From: Candidatus Methylomirabilota bacterium
GTDB taxonomy: Bacteria; Methylomirabilota; Methylomirabilia; Rokubacteriales; CSP1-6
Reading direction: 5' to 3'
NCBI GenBank assembly: GCA_036556905.1
Contig: DATBIM010000156.1
Coordinates: 2,210-66,209 of the forward strand
DNA: 64,000 nucleotides
Shown here: positions 57,360 through 64,000 of the stretch, in pieces
How the letters are laid out: each line of letters starts with the position of its first letter
Position numbering within the stretch: position 1 is the stretch's first letter
Position numbers and translations under genes: made by a program
Notes under the pieces: generated by a model
Told to the model about the DNA's origin: nothing
Seen by the model: only the letters and a program-made list of their open reading frames with translations
The model's database searches: none

Positions 57360-58154
57360 ATGAGTGGGCCTGGGAGGGTGGAGACCACCCCCCCAGGCCC
57401 TCCCCGTCACCTGCTGGAGATCCGCGACCTCAGCCTCTCCTTTGGGGGGATCACCGCCCTGCAGGGTGTCGGGCTGTCATTGGACGAGGGCGAGACGCTC
57501 GCCGTCATCGGACCCAACGGCTCCGGCAAGACATCGCTGTTCAACTGCATCAGCGGGATCTATCGGCCCGAGGCCGGGACGATCCGCTTCCGGGGCGAGT
57601 CGCTGCGCGAGCTGGCCCCCGACGCCATTGCCCGCCAGGGCATCGCCCGCACGTTTCAGAATCTGCGACTGTTCCCCACGATGAACGTGCTGGACAACCT
57701 GATGGTCGGCCGGCACCTGCACTTTCGAAAGAGCTTCCTCGCCGCCCTGCTTCGTCGTCGCACCGAAGAGACGCGCCACCGCCGCCGCTGCGAGGAGCTC
57801 ATCGAGTTCCTGAATCTGGAGATGGTGCGCAAGGCCCGGGTGGCGGACTGCCCGTACGGGATCCAGAAACGTGTGGAGCTGGCGCGAGCGCTGGCCACGG
57901 AACCGACGCTGCTGTTGCTGGACGAGCCGGTATCGGGACTCACCCAGGAGGAGAAGGAAGAGTTCGCCTACTGGGTCCACGAGATCCGGGGGCGCTTCGG
58001 GATCACGGTGCTCCTGGTCGAACACGACCTCCGGGTGGCCTCGCGCCTGGCCGGGCGCATGGTGGCGCTCGACCACGGCGTCAAGATCGCCGAGGGCGCG
58101 CCGGGCGAGGTCCAGCGCCACCCCGAGGTCGTCAAGGCCTACCTCGGTGAGTGA
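57360..58154 (+). CDS. ABC transporter ATP-binding protein (LivG-like)
   Basis: GPNGSGKTS, LLLLDEP, LivG-type insert. Confidence 0.75.
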   Translation: MSGPGRVETTPPGPPRHLLEIRDLSLSFGGITALQGVGLSLDEGETLAVIGPNGSGKTSLFNCISGIYRPEAGTIRFRGESLRELAPDAIARQGIARTFQNLRLFPTMNVLDNLMVGRHLHFRKSFLAALLRRRTEETRHRRRCEELIEFLNLEMVRKARVADCPYGIQKRVELARALATEPTLLLLDEPVSGLTQEEKEEFAYWVHEIRGRFGITVLLVEHDLRVASRLAGRMVALDHGVKIAEGAPGEVQRHPEVVKAYLGE

Positions 58155-58184
58155 GCCGGGCGGGATCGGCGGTGGTGCGGCCCC

Positions 58185-58242
58185 GCGCGAACAGGGGGGT
58201 ATGGGGGGAGCGGGTCGTGACACCTGGCGCGAACAGGGGGGT

Positions 58243-58269
<27 letters not shown>
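58185..58269 (+). repeat. 26-nt tandem direct repeat (58185-58210, 58227-58252) ending in an 11-bp-stem hairpin (58245-58269)
   Basis: GCGCGAACAGGGGGGTATGGGGGGAG twice. GGGGGGAGTTG-TCT-CAACTCCCCCC hairpin overlaps the second RBS+ATG. Confidence 0.6.
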
Positions 58270-59039
<770 letters not shown>

Positions 59040-59040
<1 letters not shown>

Positions 59041-60842
59041 TGCAGACGCAAGCCCGGACTCTTCCCGAGCTGTTCTTCCGCCAGGTCGAGCGCCTGGGCG
59101 ACCGGCTGGCCATCCGCTACAAGGCCTACGGGATCTGGCACCGCGTGAGCTGGCGCCAGTACGGCGAGGAGGTTCGCCGGGTAGCCGCTGCCCTCATCGC
59201 GTTCGGACTGCGGCCAGGCGAGCACGTGGCCATCCTCGCCGACAACCGCCCCGAATGGCTGTACTGCCATCTCGGCGTCCAGAGCACGGGCGGCGCCACC
59301 TGCGGCGTCTACCCGACGTCGTCGCCGGAGCAGGTGCAGTACGTGCTCCGGCATTCCGAGGCCAGGCTCATCTTCGTGGACAACGACGAACAACTCGACA
59401 AGGTGCTGGCCCTGGTGGGGGCCACCGCGGTCGAGCGTATCGTGGTCTGGGATGCCAAGGGGCTGTGGGGTTTCGCCGACGATCGGGTCGTCTTCTTCGA
59501 GGACTTCATCAAGCAAGGCCTGAGCTTCGCCCAGGCCCACCCGGGAGCCGTGGCCGACCGGCTGGCGGCCATCGGGCCCGACGACACCGCGATGATCATC
59601 TACACCTCAGGGACCACCGGACCCCCCAAGGGGGCGATGCTGGGCCATCGCTCGATCGTCTGGGTCACCGGGGCCTTCGGGGAGGTCAACCCGCTCGGCC
59701 CCGACGACGAGGTGGTGTCCTATCTGCCATTCGCGCACGTCTACGAAAACCTCGTCAGCGTGTTCGGAGGGGTCTACAACGGCTATGCGGTCAGCTTCGT
59801 GGAGAGCATGGCCACCCTGTTCCAGAATCTCCGCGAGGTCTCGCCGACGTATTTTGCCAGCGTGCCGCGCATCTGGGAGAAGCTCGCCTCCACGATCGAG
59901 CTGCGCATGGCCGATTCGACGCCCCTCAAGCGAGCCCTCTACCGAGCGGCGGTCAGCGTGGGGCGCCGGCACGCGCGGGCTCGCCTGGCCGGGCGCGTGC
60001 CCCTGGCCCTGGCCCTGCTCTACCGCCTGGCCGCCTGGGGAGCCCTGCTGCCGCTGCGGCGACGCCTCGGGCTCGACCGGATCCGGCTGGCCATCTGCGG
60101 GGCGGCCCCCGCGTCCCCGGAGCTGTTCGAGTACTTCCACGCGCTGGGGGTCCCGCTCGTCGAAGGCTACGGCCTGACCGAGTCCACCGGCGTGATCGCC
60201 GTGAACCCGGTGGCCCGGCCCCGCGTGGGGACGGTGGGCCAGCCGATTCCCGGGATCGAGGTGGTCCTGGCCGAGGACGGCGAGATCCTCACCCGGGGCC
60301 CCCATGTCTTCAAGGGTTACTTCAAAGACCCTGAGCTGACCGCGCGAACCATCGACGCCGAGGGCTGGCTCCACACCGGGGACATCGGCGCCTGGGAGGA
60401 CGGGTATCTCAAGATCCTCGATCGGAAGAAGGACATCATCATCACCGGGGGAGGCAAGAACATCACCCCGGCCTGGATCGAGAACAAGCTGAAGTTCAGC
60501 CCGTACGTCCAGGACGCCGTGGTGATCGGTGACCGGCGAAAGTATCTGGTGGCGTTGATCCTCATCGACGAGGACACCGTGACCAAGTTCGCCCAGGACC
60601 ACCGCATCCCCTTCACGACGTTCCAGGACCTCACCCAGCACCCCGACATCGTCCGGCTGATCGAGGCCGAGGTCGCCAAGGTGAACGGCACCCTGTCGCA
60701 GGTCGAGGCGATCAAGCGGATCGCGCTGCTCCCGCGCCGCTTCTATGAGGAGGAAGGCGACGTGACGCCGACCAAGAAGGTCAAGCGCCGGGCGGTGGAG
60801 ACCCGCTACGCCCCGCTCATCGAGTCCCTGTACCGGGACTGA
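59040..60842 (+). CDS. long-chain-fatty-acid--CoA ligase (AMP-dependent synthetase)
   Basis: IIYTSGTTGPPKG AMP-binding motif, …GYGLTE…, …TGDIG… motifs. Confidence 0.8.
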
Positions 60843-60920
60843 CGTGGCCGTGCCCGCCGCCGCCCACAGTAGGAGCCGCAGCCGTCAGGCGAGGCGACCG
60901 ATGGGGATCGAGGCGAGCCC

Positions 60921-61901
60921 GTGGACCTGATCGAGTCGTATCGCCAGGAGCTGGCCTTGGCCCGGACGCCGGTGGCCCGCGGGCTGCTGGCGCTGCTGGT
61001 CCTGGCTCTCGTGGTCTGGCCATGGGTGGCGCCCGAGCATCTGGTGTTCCTGTCCACGCTGGTGGCCCTCTATGCCATCGGCGTGATCGGCCAGAACTTG
61101 CTGATCGGGTACACGGGCCAGGTGTCCTTCGGGCAGGCCGGGTTCCTGGCCATCGGGGCCTTCGCCTTCGGGCATCTCCGCGGCGGCGGCGCACCCTTCC
61201 TGCTGGCCCTGACGGGGGCGGGGATCGCCGCGGCCGTCGCCGGCGTCATCGTCGGGTTTCCCTCGCTCCGGCTCAAGGGCCCCTATCTGGCCATCGCCAC
61301 CCTGGGCTTCGGAGTCGCCGTCTACCAGATGTTCGTGAACTGGGAGGTGCTGTCCGGCGGACGCTCGGGCCTGGCCATCCCGAAGCTCATTCCCCTGTTC
61401 GGCCTGCACCCCTACCGGTTCGAATACTACGTCTACGTCACGCTCCTGGCCGGCTTCACCCTGGTCAGCTACAACCTGGTCTCCTCGTACGTGGGGCGGG
61501 CCTGGATGGCGATCCGCGACTCCGACATCGCCGCCGAGGTCAACGGAGTGAACACCACGCGCTACAAGCTCCTGGCCTTCGCCGTTTCCTCGTTCTATAC
61601 GGGCGTCCACGGCGCCCTCTATGCCCAGGTCTTGGGCCACATCGAGCCGCAGATCTTCAACATTCTGGAGTCCATCACGCTGTTCGTGGCCGTGATCGTG
61701 GGGGGCGTGGCCTCGATCGAGGGCTCCATCCTGGGCGCCCTCTTCGTTCTCCTGGTGCCCAAGGTCATGGCCGACTTCCGCGAACTGGTCCCCGTGGTGT
61801 ACGGGGTGGCCATTCTGCTGGTGATGATGGTCGAACCGCTCGGCCTGTACGGCCGCTGGCTGAAGACGCGGCTGTATTTCCAGCTCTGGCCGTTCCGGTG
61901 A
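60921..61901 (+). CDS. ABC transporter permease (LivM-like)
   Basis: LivM-type TM pattern, …LIGYTGQVSFGQAGF…. Confidence 0.7.
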   Translation: MDLIESYRQELALARTPVARGLLALLVLALVVWPWVAPEHLVFLSTLVALYAIGVIGQNLLIGYTGQVSFGQAGFLAIGAFAFGHLRGGGAPFLLALTGAGIAAAVAGVIVGFPSLRLKGPYLAIATLGFGVAVYQMFVNWEVLSGGRSGLAIPKLIPLFGLHPYRFEYYVYVTLLAGFTLVSYNLVSSYVGRAWMAIRDSDIAAEVNGVNTTRYKLLAFAVSSFYTGVHGALYAQVLGHIEPQIFNILESITLFVAVIVGGVASIEGSILGALFVLLVPKVMADFRELVPVVYGVAILLVMMVEPLGLYGRWLKTRLYFQLWPFR

Positions 61902-61926
61902 ACCGGTTTCCAACGTCGAGCAGGGC

Positions 61927-62808
61927 ATGGAACGGCTCGCCCAGTACGCGCTGACCGGGCTCTCGGCCGGGAGCCTCTACGCCCTGGTGGCCCTCGGCAT
62001 CGTGCTGATCTACCGATCGACGCGTGTGCTCAACTTCGCCCACGGCGACATCGCCACGCTCGCGACCTTCGTGACCTTCTCACTCCTGTCGCATCGCTAC
62101 TCCTTCCTGCTGGCGGCCGGAGCGAGCCTGGCCGTGGGGGCGGCCGTCGGCGTCGTGTTCTACTTCACGGTGCTGCTCCGCGCCCAGCGGGAGGGCGTCA
62201 ATCTCCTGGGGATGGTGATCCTCACCCTGGGCCTGGCCCTCATCATCCAGGGTCTGGTCGTGTACGTCTGGGGCGCCGAGCCGGTGTCGCTGCCCTTCCC
62301 GATCTCGGAAACCGCGACCTACCGTGTCGGCGGGGTGGTGGTCAGCCACCTGGCGCTCGCCACCATCGCCGCCGGTGTCGTGGGCAGCACGCTCCTCTAT
62401 CTGCTCGTTCAGCGCACCCGCCTGGGGCTGGCCATGCGGGCCACGTCCGAGAACCTCATGGCGGCGCAGACCCTGGGGATCCCGACCCGGGTGGTCCTGG
62501 GCGTCGCGTGGGCCGTGGCCTCGGGGCTGGGCGTGGTCGCCGGCATCTTTCTGGCTCCGGCCCTGCTGCTCGATCCCTTCTTCATGCTCGACCCGTTTCT
62601 CAAGGGCTTCGCCGCCGCCGTTCTGGGCGGGCTCAACAGTCTGCCGGGCGCCATCGTGGGTGGCCTGGTGCTCGGTGTCGCCGAAAGCCTCGTGGGCGCC
62701 TACCTCACGATCCAGTTCAAGAACACGCTCGCCTTCCTGGTCATCATTCTCGTGCTGCTGCTCCGCCCCGAGGGGCTGCTGGGGAGGGAGTTCAAGGAGC
62801 GCGTATAA
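61927..62808 (+). CDS. ABC transporter permease (LivH-like)
   Basis: …GSLYALVALGIVLIYRSTRVLNFAHGD…. Confidence 0.75.
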   Translation: MERLAQYALTGLSAGSLYALVALGIVLIYRSTRVLNFAHGDIATLATFVTFSLLSHRYSFLLAAGASLAVGAAVGVVFYFTVLLRAQREGVNLLGMVILTLGLALIIQGLVVYVWGAEPVSLPFPISETATYRVGGVVVSHLALATIAAGVVGSTLLYLLVQRTRLGLAMRATSENLMAAQTLGIPTRVVLGVAWAVASGLGVVAGIFLAPALLLDPFFMLDPFLKGFAAAVLGGLNSLPGAIVGGLVLGVAESLVGAYLTIQFKNTLAFLVIILVLLLRPEGLLGREFKERV

Positions 62809-62817
62809 TACTGGGCC

Positions 62818-63573
62818 ATGGAGCGACCGATCGCGTACGACAGGCTGGCGCGCGAGGAGCGATTCGTACGCGCTCGGGCCCGCGACGTCGGCGCGCTGCG
62901 TTTGGCCCAGGGGCTGTCGCCCATGGCCGACCTGGCCAGCCGTGACTCCATCCGGGAGCGGGTGCACGGCATCCTGGTCGGCGAGCTGCAGGCCATGGAG
63001 GGCGCGGGGCGCACGGTGTGTGATTTTCCCGACGCGCCGTGGGAGTTCACCATGGACATGGCGCGCCAGGTCTGGGATGAATCGCGCCACGTGGAGATCT
63101 ACCTGGATCTGCTCGATCACCTGGACGGCTATGTCGGGGAGTTTCCGGAGTCGACCATTCTCTGGCGATGCGCCAGCGCCGAAGACGCCGCCGCCCGGGT
63201 GGCGGGAGTCAACCGCGGGCTCGAGGGCCTGGCCTGCGACGTGTTCAACCAGCTGGTGCACATCGCCCGCAAGATCGGCGACCCCATCATCGAGCGCGCG
63301 GTGGACTACGTGCTCGCCGATGAGATCACCCACGTCCGCATGGGCTCGAAGTGGCTCAACGAGCTGACCCAGGGCGATCCCGAGCGTCGTCGCCGCGCCG
63401 TCGAGTTCCAGGAGTCCATCGACGAGCGCTTCAACCTGGGCGGCGTGCGGCAGGACGGGCGCCACGAGGACGTGGCCATCTCCATCGCCAGAGAGGCGCG
63501 CCGGCTCGCCGGCTTCACCGACGAGGAGATCGATCGCCTCATCCGCAGCACGCAGCGCTCGCCCGTCTACTGA
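62818..63573 (+). CDS. ferritin-like di-iron domain protein (DUF455-like)
   Basis: Two ExxH motifs (DESRHVE, DEITHVR) in a helical protein. Confidence 0.45.
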   Translation: MERPIAYDRLAREERFVRARARDVGALRLAQGLSPMADLASRDSIRERVHGILVGELQAMEGAGRTVCDFPDAPWEFTMDMARQVWDESRHVEIYLDLLDHLDGYVGEFPESTILWRCASAEDAAARVAGVNRGLEGLACDVFNQLVHIARKIGDPIIERAVDYVLADEITHVRMGSKWLNELTQGDPERRRRAVEFQESIDERFNLGGVRQDGRHEDVAISIAREARRLAGFTDEEIDRLIRSTQRSPVY

Positions 63574-63595
63574 CCGCCGGCCCGATGGTCTATTC

Positions 63596-64000
63596 GTGAC
63601 CGCCCATCCGCTGGCCGGCGCCTTCTCCGTGGAGGCTTCGGCGCGGCGGGTTCGCCACTACCGCTACGTCGAGGAGCGGATGATGCGGGCGCTCGCCGGC
63701 TGGATCGCGCTGACCCCGGAGCTGCCGGTGAAGTTGCTGTTCGGTCGTCACGTGTGGGACTGCGCGCAGCATGCCGACCTCTGGGGTCGTCGCTTGCCCG
63801 AGCTGCGGGCTCCCGCGCAGCAGTCCGAGCCGGCCAACGCGGGGATCGTGCGCTTCCTGGATCGGCTGGACGCCCGCGAGGCTCGGGGGGAATCGCTGGA
63901 ACGGGTGGTCGGCGTGTACCGGGTGCTCAAGCCGCACCTGCTCGCCACCTACCAGGCGCATCTCGCTGCCGCCAACCCGGTGTACGAGCCGCCGACCCGG
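63596..64000 (+). CDS. hypothetical protein, 3' end lies outside the window
   Basis: GTG-initiated ORF open to the window edge; no family recognised. Confidence 0.3.
   Translation, partial: MTAHPLAGAFSVEASARRVRHYRYVEERMMRALAGWIALTPELPVKLLFGRHVWDCAQHADLWGRRLPELRAPAQQSEPANAGIVRFLDRLDAREARGESLERVVGVYRVLKPHLLATYQAHLAAANPVYEPPTR

Overview
This 64 kb window is a high-GC (about 70%), densely coding bacterial chromosomal region with pervasive start/stop overlaps. I recognised no rRNA, CRISPR array, IS element or integrase, and I cannot exclude tRNA genes by eye. All protein calls are from motif and family recognition, with no database search.

Contents, left to right:
- A 5'-truncated CDF metal transporter and clpS.
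- An alkaline-phosphatase/NPP-like gene next to an EEP-family gene.
- A minus-strand block: LpxL/HtrB-like acyltransferase, two SAM methyltransferases, an M20 amidohydrolase, a DUF429 gene and livJHMGF.
- A NUDIX hydrolase and three hot-dog-fold genes (thioesterase plus a split MaoC dehydratase).
- A divergent TSUP/MFS exporter pair.
- A CPBP protease followed by a tandem module of UGSC-motif selenoproteins.
- A YheT-like hydrolase and dpp-like peptide ABC genes.
- tlpA-ccdA-thrB-MFS, a long-form dCTP deaminase, a solitary pup gene and an FmdB zinc ribbon.
- LysR overlapping a Sec-containing selD.
- A secreted TlpA, a transglutaminase-like protein and an anti-sigma gene.
- A MoxR-DUF58-BatA/VWA-TPR (Bat-like) cluster with a 1469 aa fusion protein.
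- A complete iscR-iscS-iscU-iscA-hscB-hscA-fdx-iscX operon, tusDCB/dsrEFH-like genes and a second nifS-nifU-cysE module.
- A Liv-like ABC operon carrying an acyl-CoA ligase.

Key result: four in-frame UGA codons read as selenocysteine by motif and homology: selD ('CAGU'), two 'UGSC' proteins (one fused to an unknown ~400 aa domain that also exists as a separate paralog), and a glutaredoxin-like 'UGPC' protein. Each is followed within 10-20 nt by a hairpin. The ORF track splits or truncates all four. The CPBP / UGSC~X / X' / UGSC' locus is the best candidate for an undescribed system.
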